Source: the human T2T-CHM13v2.0 reference genome, Homo sapiens. Taken from it: a DNA stretch of 64,000 nucleotides. Position 1 is the first letter of the stretch; every line of letters starts with the position of its first letter. The notes below the pieces were generated by a model, which made no database searches, was not told the origin of the DNA, and saw nothing but the letters and a program-made list of their open reading frames with translations. The translations under genes and the position numbers were made by a program. The stretch lies in NCBI RefSeq assembly GCF_009914755.1, contig NC_060940.1. One strand, given 5' to 3'. Of this stretch, positions 44,501 through 60,100 are shown piece after piece.

Positions 44501-47500
44501 TTCGATTCCATTCAATGATGATTCACTTCTCGTCCATTGGATGATTCCATTTCATTCCATTCGATGATGATTCCATTCGATTCCATTCGATGATTCCATT
44601 TGATTCCATGCGACGGTGAGCAATTCGATTCAATTCCATGATGATTCTATTTGATTCAATTAGATGATGTTTCCATTCGAATCCATTCCATGATTATTCC
44701 ATTGGAATCCATTCGGTGATGATTCCATATGAGTCAATTCAATGATGATTCCATATGGGTCCGTTCGATGATAATTCCTTTTGATTTCATTCGATGCTTC
44801 TATTCAATTCCAGTTGATGATGATTCCGTTGGAGTCCATACGATGATTCCATTTGATTTCATTTCATGATGATTCCATTCGATTCCATTCGATGATGATT
44901 ACATTGGATTCCATTCTATGATTCCATTCAATTCCATTCGTTGATGATTCGATTCCCTTCAATGATGATTCCACTTGAGTTCATTCGATTATTCTATTCG
45001 ATTCCGTTCGATGGTGATTCAATTCTCTTATATTGGATGATTCCACTCGATTCCATTTGATGATTATTCCATTGGAGTCCACTTAGTGAATCCTTTAGAT
45101 TCTACTCGAAGATGATTCCATTCGAGTCCATTCGATGATACCATTCAATTCCATTCGTTGATGCTTCCATTCAAGTGCATTCGATGATATCATTCGATTC
45201 CATTTGATGATAATTCCATTTGATTCCATGCGATGATTCTATTCGATTCCATTCAATGATAATTCCATTCAATTCAGTGATTCCTCTGGACTCCATTTGA
45301 TGATGATTCCATTCAATGATTCCATTCGATTCTATTCGAAAATGATTCCATTTGAATCCATTTGATGATGATTCCATTGGATTCCATTTGATGATTCCAT
45401 TCGATTCCATTCGACGATGATTCCATTCGATTCCATTTGATGATTCCATTCTATTCTATTCGATGATGATTCCATTCGATTCCATTCGATGATGATTGGA
45501 TTCGATTCCATTTGATTATTTCATTTCATTCCATTCGTTAATGATTTCGATCAATTCCATTCAATGATTCCATTCGATTCCATTCGATAATGATTACATC
45601 CGAGTCCATTCGATGATTCCATTTGAGCCTGTTCGATAATTCCATTTGAGTCCAACCAATGATTCCATTCATTTCCATTCAATGATTCCATTCGAGTCCA
45701 TTTGATCATTCCGGTAGGGTCCATTCGATGTTGATTCCATTGGAGTGCATTAGATGATTCCATTCGAATCCATTCGATGATTCCATTCGATTCCATTCGA
45801 TGTTGATTCTGTTCAAATCCATTCGATGATTCCACTCGATTCCATTCGATGACTCCATTTGATCCCATTCGATGATTTCCTTTGATTCCCTTTGATGATC
45901 ATTCCATTTGATTCAATTCGGTGATTTCATTTGATTCCATTCAGTGATGTTTCCATTCGACTCCATTCGATGATGATTCCATTCGACTCCATTCGATTAT
46001 GATTTCATTCAATTCCATTCGATAATGATTCCCTTCGAGTCCATTCGATGATTCCATTCGATTCCATTCAACGATGATTTGATACGTGTCCATTCGATGA
46101 TTCCATTTGATTCCACTTGATGATGATTCCATTCGAGTCCATTTGATGATTCCATTCAATTCCATACTCCGATGATTTCTTTTGAGCCCACTCAATGCTT
46201 CCACTCGATTCCATATGATGATGACTCCATTCGATGAAATTCGATGATGATTCCATTCGCTTGCTTTCGATGATGATTCCACTTGAGTCCGTTAGAAGAT
46301 TCTATTCAATTACATTCCATGACGATTCCGTTCGTGTCCATTTGATGATTCCATTAGACTCCATTCGACGATGATTCCATTCGATGTTATTCGATGATTC
46401 CATTCGATCTCATTCGTTGATGATTCCATTCAACTCCATTCGATGTTTCCATTCGAGTTCATTCTATTATTCCATTAGATTCCATTCGATGATGATTCCA
46501 TTCGGTTCCATTTGATGATTGCATTCTATTTCATTTGATGATGATTCCATTCGAGTCCACTCGATGATTCCATTCGAGTCCATTTAATGAATCCATTGGT
46601 TTCAATTCTATGATGATTACATTGGATTCCATTCGTTGATGATTTCATTCGGTTCCATTCAATGATGATTCCATTCAATTCCATTCAATGATTCCATTCA
46701 ATTCCATACGATGATGATTCCATTTGATTTGATTCGACAGTGAGCCATTCGATTCAATTCCATGATGTTTCTATTTGATTCAATTGGTTGACATTTCCAT
46801 TCGATTCCATTCGATGATGATTCCCTTTGATTCCATTCAAAGATGATTCCATTCTAGCCCATTCAATCATTCCATTCGATTCTATTAAATGATGATTCCA
46901 TTCATGTCGAGTTGGTGATTCCATTTGACTTCATTTGATGATGATTCCTTTCAAGTTCATTAGATGATTCCATTCGATTCCAATTGATGATGATCCCATT
47001 CGAGTCCATTCAGTGATTCCATTCGTTTCCATTCCATGATGATTCCATTCCATTCCATGCAATGATTCCATTCGATTCCGTTTGATGATGAGTTCATTCG
47101 AGTCCATTTGATGATTCCATTTGATTCCATTCGATGATGATTCCATTCGAGTCCATTCGATGATTCCATTCGATTGCATTCGATGATTCCATTATATTCC
47201 ATTCAACGATGATTCCATTCGAGTCCATTCGATGATTCCATTAGAGTACATTTAATGATTGCTTTGTTTTCAATTCGAAGATGATTACATTCGATTCCAT
47301 TCTATGATACCATTCGATTCCATTCAATGATGACTCCACTCAAATCCATTGGATGATTCCATTCGTGTCCATTCGGTGATTTCATTAGATTCCATTCGAG
47401 GATGATTCCATTCGATTCCATTCGATGATTCCATTCAATTCCATTCGATGATGATTCCATTCGAGTCCATATGATCATTCCATTTAATTTCATTCGATGA

Positions 47501-50500
47501 TGATTCCATTCGATTCCATTCGACGATTCCATTCTATTCCATTCGATGATGATTCCATTCGAGTCCATTCGATCATTCCATTCGAGTCCATTTAATGATT
47601 CCATTGGGTTCAATTCAATGATGATTACATTGGATTCCGTTCTATGATTCCATTCAATTCCGTTCATTGACAATTTGATTCCATTCGATGATGATTCCAT
47701 TTGAGTTCATTCGATGATTCTATTCGATTCTCTTCGATGGTGATTCAATTCTATTATATTGGATGATTCCATTCGATTCCATTTGATGTTGATTCAATTC
47801 GATTCTATTCGATGATGATTCCATTGGATTTCACTTGATGATTCTATTCGATTCCATTCAATGATGATTCACTTCTCGTCCATTGGATGATTCCATTTCA
47901 TTCCATTCGATGATGATTCCATTCGATTCCATTCGATGATTCCATTTGATTCCATGCGACGGTGAGCAATTCGATTCAATTCCATGATGATTCTATTTGA
48001 TTCAATTAGATGATGTTTCCATTCGAATCCATTCCATGATTATTCCATTGGAATCCATTCGGTGATGATTCCATATGAGTCAATTCAATGATGATTCCAT
48101 ATGGGTCCGTTCGATGATAATTCCTTTTGATTTCATTCGATGCTTCTATTCAATTCCAGTTGATGATGATTCCGTTGGAGTCCATACGATGATTCCATTT
48201 GATTTCATTTCATGATGATTCCATTCGATTCCATTCGATGATGATTACATTGGATTCCATTCTATGATTCCATTCAATTCCATTCGTTGATGATTCGATT
48301 CCCTTCAATGATGATTCCACTTGAGTTCATTCGATTATTCTATTCGATTCCGTTCGATGGTGATTCAATTCTCTTATATTGGATGATTCCACTCGATTCC
48401 ATTTGATGATTATTCCATTGGAGTCCACTTAGTGAATCCTTTAGATTCTACTCGAAGATGATTCCATTCGAGTCCATTCGATGATACCATTCAATTCCAT
48501 TCGTTGATGCTTCCATTCAAGTGCATTCGATGATATCATTCGATTCCATTTGATGATAATTCCATTTGATTCCATGCGATGATTCTATTCGATTCCATTC
48601 AATGATAATTCCATTCAATTCAGTGATTCCTCTGGACTCCATTTGATGATGATTCCATTCAATGATTCCATTCGATTCTATTCGAAAATGATTCCATTTG
48701 AATCCATTTGATGATGATTCCATTGGATTCCATTTGATGATTCCATTCGATTCCATTCGACGATGATTCCATTCGATTCCATTTGATGATTCCATTCTAT
48801 TCTATTCGATGATGATTCCATTCGATTCCATTCGATGATGATTGGATTCGATTCCATTTGATTATTTCATTTCATTCCATTCGTTAATGATTTCGATCAA
48901 TTCCATTCAATGATTCCATTCGATTCCATTCGATAATGATTACATCCGAGTCCATTCGATGATTCCATTTGAGCCTGTTCGATAATTCCATTTGAGTCCA
49001 ACCAATGATTCCATTCATTTCCATTCAATGATTCCATTCGAGTCCATTTGATCATTCCGGTAGGGTCCATTCGACGTTGATTCCATTGGAGTGCATTAGA
49101 TGATTCCATTCGAATCCATTCGATGATTCCATTCGATTCCGTTCGATGTTGATTCTGTTCAAATCCATTCGATGATTCCACTCGATTCCATTCGATGACT
49201 CCATTTGATCCCATTCGATGATTTCCTTTGATTCCCTTTGATGATCATTCCATTTGATTCAATTCGGTGATTTCATTTGATTCCATTCAGTGATGTTTCC
49301 ATTCGACTCCATTCGATGATGATTCCATTCGACTCCATTCGATTATGATTTCATTCAATTCCATTCGATAATGATTCCCTTCGAGTCCATTCGATGATTC
49401 CATTCGATTCCATTCAACGATGATTTGATTCGTGTCCATTCGATGATTCCATTTGATTCCACTTGATGATGATTCCATTCGAGTCCATTTGATGATTCCA
49501 TTCAATTCCATACTCCGATGATTTCTTTTGAGCCCACTCAATGCTTCCACTCGATTCCATATGATGATGACTCCATTCGATGAAATTCGATGATGATTCC
49601 ATTCGCTTGCTTTCGATGATGATTCCACTTGAGTCCGTTAGAAGATTCTATTCAATTACATTCCATGACGATTCCGTTCGTGTCCATTTGATGATTCCAT
49701 TAGACTCCATTCGACGATGATTCCATTCGATGTTATTCGATGATTCCATTCGATCTCATTCGTTGATGATTCCATTCAACTCCATTCGATGTTTCCATTC
49801 GAGTTCATTCTATTATTCCATTAGATTCCATTCCATGATGATTCCATTCGATTCCATTTGATGATTGCATTCTATTTCATTTGATGATGATTCCATTCGA
49901 GTCCACTCGATGATTCCATTCGAGTCCATTTAATGAATCCATTGGTTTCAATTCTATGATGATTACATTGGATTCCATTCGTTGATGATTTCATTCGGTT
50001 CCATTCAATGATGATTCTATTCAATTCCTTTCAATGTTTCCATTCAATTCCATACGATGATGATTCCATTTGATTTGATTCGACAGTGAGCCATTCGATT
50101 CAATTCCATGATGTTTCTATTTGATTCAATTGGTTGACATTTCCATTCGATTCCATTCGATGATGATTCCCTTTGATTCCATTCAAAGATGATTCCATTC
50201 TAGCCCATTCAATCATTCCATTCGATTCTATTCAATGATGATTCCATTCATGTCGAGTTGGTGATTCCATTTGACTTCATTTGATGATGATTCCTTTCAA
50301 GTTCATTAGATGATTCCATTCGATTCCAATTGATGATGATCCCATTCGAGTCCATTCAGTGATTCCATTCGTTTCCATTCCATGATGATTCCATTCCATT
50401 CCATGCAATGATTCCATTCGATTCCGTTTGATGATGATTTCATTCGAGTCCATTTGATGATTCCATTTGATTCCATTCGATGATGATTCCATTCGAGTCC

Positions 50501-52632
50501 ATTCGATGATTCCATTCGATTGCATTCCATGATTCCATTATATTCCATTCAACGATGATTCCATTCGAGTCCATTCGATGATTCCATTAGAGTACATTTA
50601 ATGATTGCTTTGTTTTCAATTCGAAGATGATTACATTCGATTCCATTCTATGATACCATTCGATTCCATTCAATGATGACTCCACTCAAATCCATTGGAT
50701 GATTCCATTCGTGTCCATTCGGTGATTTCATTAGATTCCATTCGAGGATGATTCCATTCGATTCCATTCGATGATTCCATTCAATTCCATTCGATGATGA
50801 TTCCATTCCAGTCCATATGATCATTCCATTTAATTTCATTCGATGATGATTCCATTCGATTCCATTCGACGATTCCATTCTATTCCATTCGATGATGATT
50901 CCATTCGAGTCCATTCGATGATTCTATTCGAGTCCATTTAATGATTCCATTGGGTTCAATTCAATGATGATTACATTGGATTCCGTTCTATGATTCCATT
51001 CAATTCCGTTCATTGACAATTTGATTCCATTCGATGATGATTCCATTTGAGTTCATTCGATGATTCTATTCGATTCTCTTCGATGGTGATTCAATTCTAT
51101 TATATTGGATGATTCCATTCGATTCCATTTGATGTTGATTCAATTCGATTCTATTCGATGATGATTCCATTGGATTTCACTTGATGATTCTATTCGATTC
51201 CATTCAATGATGATTCACTTCTCGTCCATTGGATGATTCCATTTCATTCCATTCGATGATGATTCCATTCGATTCCATTCGATGATTCCATTTGATTCCA
51301 TGCGTCGGTGAGCAATTCGATTCAATTCCATGATGATTCTATTTGATTCAATTAGATGATGTTTCCATTCGAATCCATTCCATGATTATTCCATTGGAAT
51401 CCATTCGGTGATGATTCCATATGAGTCAATTCAATGATGATTCCATATGGGTCCGTTTGATGATAATTCCTTTTGATTTCATTCGATGCTTCTATTCAAT
51501 TCCAGTTGATGATGATTCCGTTGGAGTCCATACGATGATTCCATTTGATTTCATTTCATGATGATTCCATTCGATTCCATTCGATGATGATTACATTGGA
51601 TTCCATTCTATGATTCCATTCAATTCCATTCGTTGATGATTCGATTCCCTTCAATGATGATTCCACTTGAGTTCATTCGATTATTCTATTCGATTCCGTT
51701 CGATGGTGATTCAATTCTCTTATATTGGATGATTCCACTCGATTCCATTTGATGATTATTCCATTGGAGTCCACTTAGTGAATCCTTTAGATTCTACTCG
51801 AAGATGATTCCATTCGAGTCCATTCGATGATACCATTCAATTCCATTCGTTGATGCTTCCATTCAAGTGCATTCGATGATATCATTCGATTCCATTTGAT
51901 GATAATTCCATTTGATTCCATGCGATGATTCTATTCGATTCCATTCAATGATAATTCCATTCAATTCAGTGATTCCTCTGGACTCCATTTGATGATGATT
52001 CCATTCAATGATTCCATTCGATTCTATTCGAAAATGATTCCATTTGAATCCATTTGATGATGATTCCATTGGATTCCATTTGATGATTCCATTCGATTCC
52101 ATTCGACGATGATTCCATTCGATTCCATTTGATGATTCCATTCTATTCTATTCGATGATGATTCCATTCGATTCCATTCGATGATGATTGGATTCGATTC
52201 CATTTGATTATTTCATTTCATTCCATTCGTTAATGATTACGATCAATTCCATTCAATGATTCCATTCGATTCCATTCGATAATGATTACATCCGTGTCCA
52301 TTTGATGATTCCATTTGAGCCTGTTCGATAATTCCATTTGAGTCCAACCAATGATTCCATTCATTTCCATTCAATGATTCCATTCGAGTCCATTTGATCA
52401 TTCCGGTAGGGTCCATTTGATGGTGATTCCATTGGAGTGCATTAGATGATTCCATTCGAATCCATTCGATGATTCCATTCGATTCCATTCGATGTTGATT
52501 CTGTTCAAATCCATTCGATGATTCCACTCGATTCCATTCGATGACTCCATTTGATCCCATTCGATGATTTCCTTTGATTCCCTTTGATGATCATTCCATT
52601 TGATTCAATTCGGTGATTTCATTTGATTCCAT
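32557..52632 (+). repeat. Six tandem 3346-bp units (deletions A+B, +10 bp)
   Basis: Landmark at 32557, 35903, 39249, 42595, 45941, 49287, 52633 with exact 3346 spacing, and near-identical ORF translations between copies. Confidence 0.96.
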
Positions 52633-55600
52633 TCAGTGATGTTTCCATTCGACTCCATTCGATGATGATTCCATTCGACTCCATTCGATTATGATTTCAT
52701 TCAATTCCATTCGATAATGATTCCCTTCGAGTCCATTCGATGATTCCATTCGTTTCCATTCAACGATGATTTGATTCGTGTCCATTCGATGATTCCATTT
52801 GATTCCACTTGATGATGATTCCATTCGAGTCCATTTGATGATTCCATTCAATTCCATACTCCGATGATTTCTTTTGAGCCCACTCAATGCTTCCACTCGA
52901 TTCCATATGATGATGACTCCATTCGATGAAATTCGATGATGATTCCATTCGCTTGCTTTCAATGATGATTCCACTTGAGTCCGTTAGAAGATTCTATTCA
53001 ATTACATTCCATGACGATTCCGTTCGTGTCAATTTGATGATTCCATTAGACTCCATTCGACGATGATTCCATTCGATGTTATTCGATGATTCCATTCGAT
53101 CTCATTCGTTGATGATTCCATTCAACTCCATTCGATGTTTCCATTCGAGTTCATTCTATTATTCCATTAGATTCCATTCGATGATGATTCCATTCGATTC
53201 CATTTGATGATTGCATTCTATTTCATTTGATGATGATTCCATTCGAGTCCACTCGATGATTCCATTCGAGTCCATTTAATGAATCCATTGGTTTCAATTC
53301 TATGATGATTACATTGGATTCCATTCGTTGATGATTTCATTCGGTTCCATTCAATGATGATTCTATTCAATTCCTTTCAATGTTTCCATTCAATTCCATA
53401 CGATGATGATTCCATTTGATTTGATTCGACAGTGAGCCATTCGATTCAATTCCATGATGTTTCTATTTGATTCAATTGGTTGACATTTCCATTCGATTCC
53501 ATTCGATGATGATTCCCTTTGATTCCATTCAAAGATGATTCCATTCTAGCCCATTCAATCATTCCATTCGATTCTATTCAATGATGATTCCATTCATGTC
53601 GATTTGGTGATTCCATTTGACTTCATTTGATGATGATTCCTTTCAAGTTCATTAGATGATTCCATTCGATTCCAATTGATGATGATCCCATTCGAGTCCA
53701 TTCAGTGATTCCATTCGTTTCCATTCCATGATGATTCCATTCCATGCAATGATTCCATTCGATTCCGTTTGATGATGATTTCATTCGAGTCCATTTGATG
53801 ATTCCATTTGATTCCATTCGATGATGATTCCATTCGAGTCCATTCGATGATTCCATTCGATTGCATTCGATGATTCCATTATATTCCATTCAACGATGAT
53901 TCCATTCGAGTCCATTCGATGATTCCATTAGAGTACATTTAATGATTGCTTTGTTTTCAATTCGAAGATGATTACATTCGATTCCATTCTATGGTACCAT
54001 TCGATTCCATTCAATGATGACTCCACTCAAATCCATTGGATGATTCCATTCGTGTCCATTCGGTGATTTCATTAGATTCCATTCGAGGATGATTCCATTC
54101 GATTCCATTCGATGATTCCATTCAATTCCATTCGATGTTGATTCCATTCGAGTCCATATGATCATTCCATTTAATTTCATTCGATGATGATTCCATTCGA
54201 TTCCATTCGACGATTCCATTCTATTCCATTCGATGATGATTCCATTCGAGTCCATTCGATGATTCCATTCGAGTCCATTTAATGATTCCATTGGGTTCAA
54301 TTCAATGATGATTACATTGGATTCCGTTCTATGATTCCATTCAATTCCGTTCATTGACAATTTGATTCCATTCGATGATGATTCCATTTGAGTTCATTCG
54401 ATGATTCTATTCGATTCTCTTCGATGGTGATTCAATTCTATTATATTGGATGATTCCATTCGATTCCATTTGATGTTGATTCAATTCGATTCTATTCGAT
54501 GATGATTCCATTGGATTTCACTTGATGATTCTATTCGATTCCATTCAATGATGATTCACTTCTCGTCCATTAGATGATTCCATTTCATTCCATTCGATGA
54601 TGATTCCATTCGATTCCATTCGATGATTCCATTTGATTCCATGCGACGGTGAGCAATTTGATTCAATTCCATGATGATTCTATTTGATTCAATTAGATGA
54701 TGTTTCCATTCGAATCCATTCCATGATTATTCCATTGGAATCCATTCGGTGATGATTCCATATGAGTCAATTCAATGATGATTCCATATGGGTCCGTTCG
54801 ATGATAATTCCATTTGATTTCATTCGATGCTTCTATTCAATTCCAGTTGATGATGATTCCGTTGGAGTCCATACGATGATTCCATTTGATTTCATTTCAT
54901 GATGATTCCATTCGATTCCATTCGATGATGATTACATTGGATTCCATTCTATGATTCCATTCAATTCCATTCGTTGATGATTCGATTCCCTTCAATGATG
55001 ATTCCACTTGAGTTCATTCGATTATTCTATTCGATTCCGTTCGATGGTGATTCAATTCTCTTATATTGGATGATTCCACTCGATTCCATTTGATGATTAT
55101 TCCATTGGAGTCCACTTAGTGAATCCTTTAGATTTTACTCGAAGATGATTCCATTCGAGTCCATTCGATGATACCAATCAATTCCATTCGTTGATGCTTC
55201 CATTCAATTGCATTCGATGATATCATTTGATTCCATTTGATGATAATTCCATTTCATTCCATGCGATGATTCTATTCGATTCCATTCAATGATAATTCCA
55301 TTCAATTCAGTGATTCCTCTGGACTCCATTTGATGATGATTCCATTCAATGATTCCATTCGATTCTATTCGAAAATGATTCCATTTGAATCCATTTGATG
55401 ATGATTCCATTAGATTCCATTTGATGATTCCATTCGATTCCATTCGATGATGATTCCATTCGATTCCATTTGATGATTCCATTCTATTCTATTCGATGAT
55501 GATTCCATTCGATTCCATTCGATGATGATTGGATTCGATTCCATTTGATGACTTCATTTGATTCCATTCGTTAATGATTTCGATCAATTCCATTCGATGA

Positions 55601-57131
55601 TTCCATTCGATTCCATTCGATAATGATTACATCCGAGTCCATTCGATGATTCCATTTGAGCCCGTTCGATAATTCCATTTGAGTCCAATCAATGATTCCA
55701 TTCATTTCCATTCAATGATTCCATTCGAGTCCATTTGATCATTCCGGTAGGGTCCATTCGATGTTGATTCCATTGGAGTGCATTCGATGATTCCATTCGA
55801 GTCCATTTTAGGATTTGATTCGAGTCCTTTCGATGATTCCATTCGACTCCACTCGATGATGATTTCATTCGAGTCCATTCGACACTTCCAATCGATTCCA
55901 TTTGATGTTTCCTTTCGAGTCCAATTGATGATTCCATTCAATTCCATTCGATGATGATTCCGTACGGTTCCATTCTGTGATGATTCCATGTGATTGCATT
56001 CAATGATGATTCCTTTCGATTGCATTCGATTATGATTCATTTCGTGTTCATTCTATGGTTCCACAGGTTTCCATTCGTGTCCATTCCATTATTCCATTCT
56101 ATTCCATTTGATGATGATTCCATTCGATTCCATTCATTGGTGATTCCACTCAATTCCATTCAATGATTCCATTCCATTTCTTTCAACAATGATTCCATTA
56201 CTTTCTAATCGATGATCCACTTGATTCCATTTGACGACGATTCCATTCTTGTCCATTCGATGATTCCATTTGATTCCATATGATGATGATTCCATTCGAT
56301 TCCATACGATGATGATTCCATTGGAGTCCATTCAATGGTGATTCCATTCAATTCCATTCGATGATTCCTTTCGATTCCATTCGATGATGATGGCATTCGA
56401 TTCCTTTCAATCATTCCCTTTGATTCCATTCAAAGGTGATTTCATTCAAGTCCATTGGATAATTGCATTCGATTCCATTCTATGATGATTCCATTCGAGT
56501 CCATTTGATGATTCCATTCAATTCAAGTCAATGATGATTCCATTCGATTCCATTCGATGATTCCATTGGATTTCATTCGATGATAATTCCATTCAAATCC
56601 TTTCGATAATTCAATTCAAGTCCATTCGATGATGATTCCAATCGAATCCATTCAAAGATTCCATTCAGTTCCATTCGATGATTCCCTTAGATTCCATTCG
56701 ATGATTCCACTTGATTCCATTTACGATGATTCCATTCGATTCCATGTGATGATTCCATTCAATTCTATTCAATGATGTTTCCATTTGATTCCATTCGACC
56801 ATGATTGCCTTTGATTCCATTCAATGATTCCATTCGGTTCCGTTTGATGATGATTCCGTTCGATTCCATTTGATGATTCCATTTGATTCCATTGGATGAG
56901 TCCATTCGATTACATTCGATGATAATTCCATTCGAGTGCATTAGATGATTCCATTCGAGTCCATTCGATGATTCCATTCGATTCCATTCGATGTTGATTC
57001 TGTTCAAATCCATTCGATGATTCCACTCGATTCCATTCGATGACTCCATTTGATCCCATTCGATGATTTCCTGTGATTCCCTTTGATGATCATTCCATTT
57101 GATTCAATTCGGTGATTTCATTTGATTCCAT
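52633..57131 (+). repeat. Intermediate unit, 4499 bp (deletion B only; segment A retained; +10, -5 bp)
   Basis: 6112-1618+10-5=4499. Segment-A markers (CATTTTAGGATT ~55804, CGTACGG ~55961, CCACAGGTTT ~56061) are present, and one CCATT pentamer is lost at ~53740. Confidence 0.92.
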
Positions 57132-60100
57132 TCAGTGATGTTTCCATTCGACTCCATTCGATGATGATTCCATTCGACTCCACTCGATTATGATTTCATT
57201 CAATTCCATTCGATAATGATTCCCTTCGAGTCCATTCGATGATTCCATTCGATTCCATTCAACGATGATTTGATTCGTGTCCATTCGATGATTCCATTTG
57301 ATGCCACTTGATGATGATTCCATTCGAGTCCATTTGATGATTCCATTCAATTCCATTCTCCGATGATTTCTTTTGAGCCCACTCAATGCTTCCACTCGAT
57401 TCCATATGATGATGACTCCATTCGATGAAATTCGATGATGATTCCATTCGCTTGCTTTCGATGATGATTCCACTTGAGTCCGTTAGAAGATTCTATTCAA
57501 TTACATTCCATGACGATTCCGTTCGAGTCCATTTGATGATTCCATTAGACTCCATTCGACGATGATTCCATTCGATGTTATTCGATGATTCCATTCGATC
57601 TCATTCGTTGATGATTCCATTCAACTCCATTCGATGTTTCCATTCGAGTTCATTCTATTATTCCATTAGATTCCATTCGATGATGATTCCATTCGATTCC
57701 ATTTGATGATTGCATTCTATTTCATTTGATGATGATTCCATTCGAGTCCACTCGATGATTCCATTCGAGTCCATTTAATGAATCCATTGGTTTCAATTCT
57801 ATGATGATTACATTGGATTCCATTCGTTGATGATTTCATTCGGTTCCATTCAATGATGATTCTATTCAATTCCTTTCAATGTTTCCATTCAATTCCATAC
57901 GATGATGATTCCGTTTGATTTGATTCGACAGTGAGCCATTCGATTCAATTCCATGATGTTTCTATTTGATTCAATTGGTTGACATTTCCATTCGATTCCA
58001 TTCGATGATGATTCCCTTTGATTCCATTCAAAGATGATTCCATTCTAGCCCATTCAATCATTCCATTCGATTCTATTCAATGATGATTCCATTCATGTCG
58101 AGTTGGTGATTCCATTTGACTTCATTTGATGATGATTCCTTTCAAGTTCATTAGATGATTCCATTCGATTCCAATTGATGATGATCCCATTCGAGTCCAT
58201 TCAGTGATTCCATTCGTTTCCATTCCATGATGATTCCATTCCATTCCATGCAATGATTCCATTCGATTCCGTTTGATGATGATTTCATTCGAGTCCATTT
58301 GATGATTCCATTTGATTCCATTCGATGATGATTCCATTCGAGTCCATTCGATGATTCCATTCGATTGCATTCGATGATTCCATTATATTCCATTCAACGA
58401 TGATTCCATTCGAGTCCATTCGATGATTCCATTAGAGTACATTTAATGATTGCTTTGTTTTCAATTCGAAGATGATTACATTCGATTCCATTCTATGATA
58501 CCATTCGAATCCATTCAATGATGACTCCACTCAAATCCATTGGATGATTCCATTCGTGTCCATTCGGTGATTTCATTAGATTCCATTCGAGGATGATTCC
58601 ATTCGATTCCATTCGATGATTCCATTCAATTCCATTCGATGATGATTCCATTCGAGTCCATATGATCATTCCATTTAATTTCATTCGATGATGATTCCAT
58701 TCGATTCCATTCGACGATTCCATTCTATTCCATTCGATGATGATTCCATTCGAGTCCATTCGATCATTCCATTCGAGTCCATTTAATGATTCCATTGGGT
58801 TCAATTCAATGATGATTACATTGGATTCCGTTCTATGATTCCATTCCATTCCGTTCATTGACAATTTGATTCCATTCGATGATGATTCCATTTGAGTTCA
58901 TTCGATGATTCTATTCGATTCTCTTCGATGGTGATTCAATTCTATTATATTGGATGAATCCATTCGATTCCATTTGATGTTGATTCAATTCGATTCTATT
59001 CGATGATGATTCCATTGGATTTCACTTGATGATTCTATTCGATTCCATTCAATGATGATTCACTTCTCGTCCATTGGATGATTCCATTTCATTCCATTCG
59101 ATGATGATTCCATTCGATTCCATTCGATGATTCCATTTGATTCCATGTGACAGTGAGCAATTCGATTCAATTCCATGATGATTCTATTTGATTCAATTAG
59201 ATGATGTTTCCATTCGAATCCATTCCATGATTATTCCATTGGAATCCATTCGGCGATGATTCCTTATGAGTCAATTCAATGATGATTCCATATGGGTCCG
59301 TTCGATGATAATTCCATTTGATTTCATTCGATGCTTCTATTCTATTCCAGTCGATGATGATTCCGTTGGAGTCCATACGATGATTCCATTTGATTTCATT
59401 TGATGATGATTCCATTCGATGATGATTACATTGGATTCCATTCTATGATTCCATTCAATTCCATTCGTTGATGATTCGATTCCATTCAATGATGATTCCA
59501 TTTGAGTTCATTCGATGATTCTATTCGATTCCGTTCGATGGTGATTCAATTCTCTTATATTGGATGATTCCACTCGATTCCATTTGATGATTATTCCATT
59601 GGAGTCCACTTAGTGAATCCTTTAGATTCTACTCGAAGATGATTCCATTCGAGTCCATTCGATGATACCATTCAATTCCATTCGTTGATGCTTCCATTCA
59701 AGTGCATTCGATGATATCATTCGATTCCATTTGATGATAATTCCATTTGATTCCATGCGATGATTCTATTCGATTCCATTCAATGATAATTCCATTCAAT
59801 TCAGTGATTCCTCTGGACTCCATTTGATGATGATTCCATTCAATGATTCCATTCGATTCTATTCGAAAATGATTCCATTTGAATCCATTTGATGATGATT
59901 CCATTGGATTCCATTTGATGATTCCATTCGATTCCATTCGACGATGATTCCATTCGATTCCATTTGATGATTCCATTCTATTCTATTCGATGATGATTCC
60001 ATTCGATTCCATTCGATGATGATTGGATTCGATTCCATTTGATTATTTCATTTCATTCCATTCGTTAATGATTTCGATCAATTCCATTCAATGATTCCAT

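Noticed and set aside
53991-54000. Palindrome ATGGTACCAT as a hairpin or regulatory element
   Set aside because: It is a 10-bp palindrome created by one SNP and is too short to imply structure; used only as a lineage marker.
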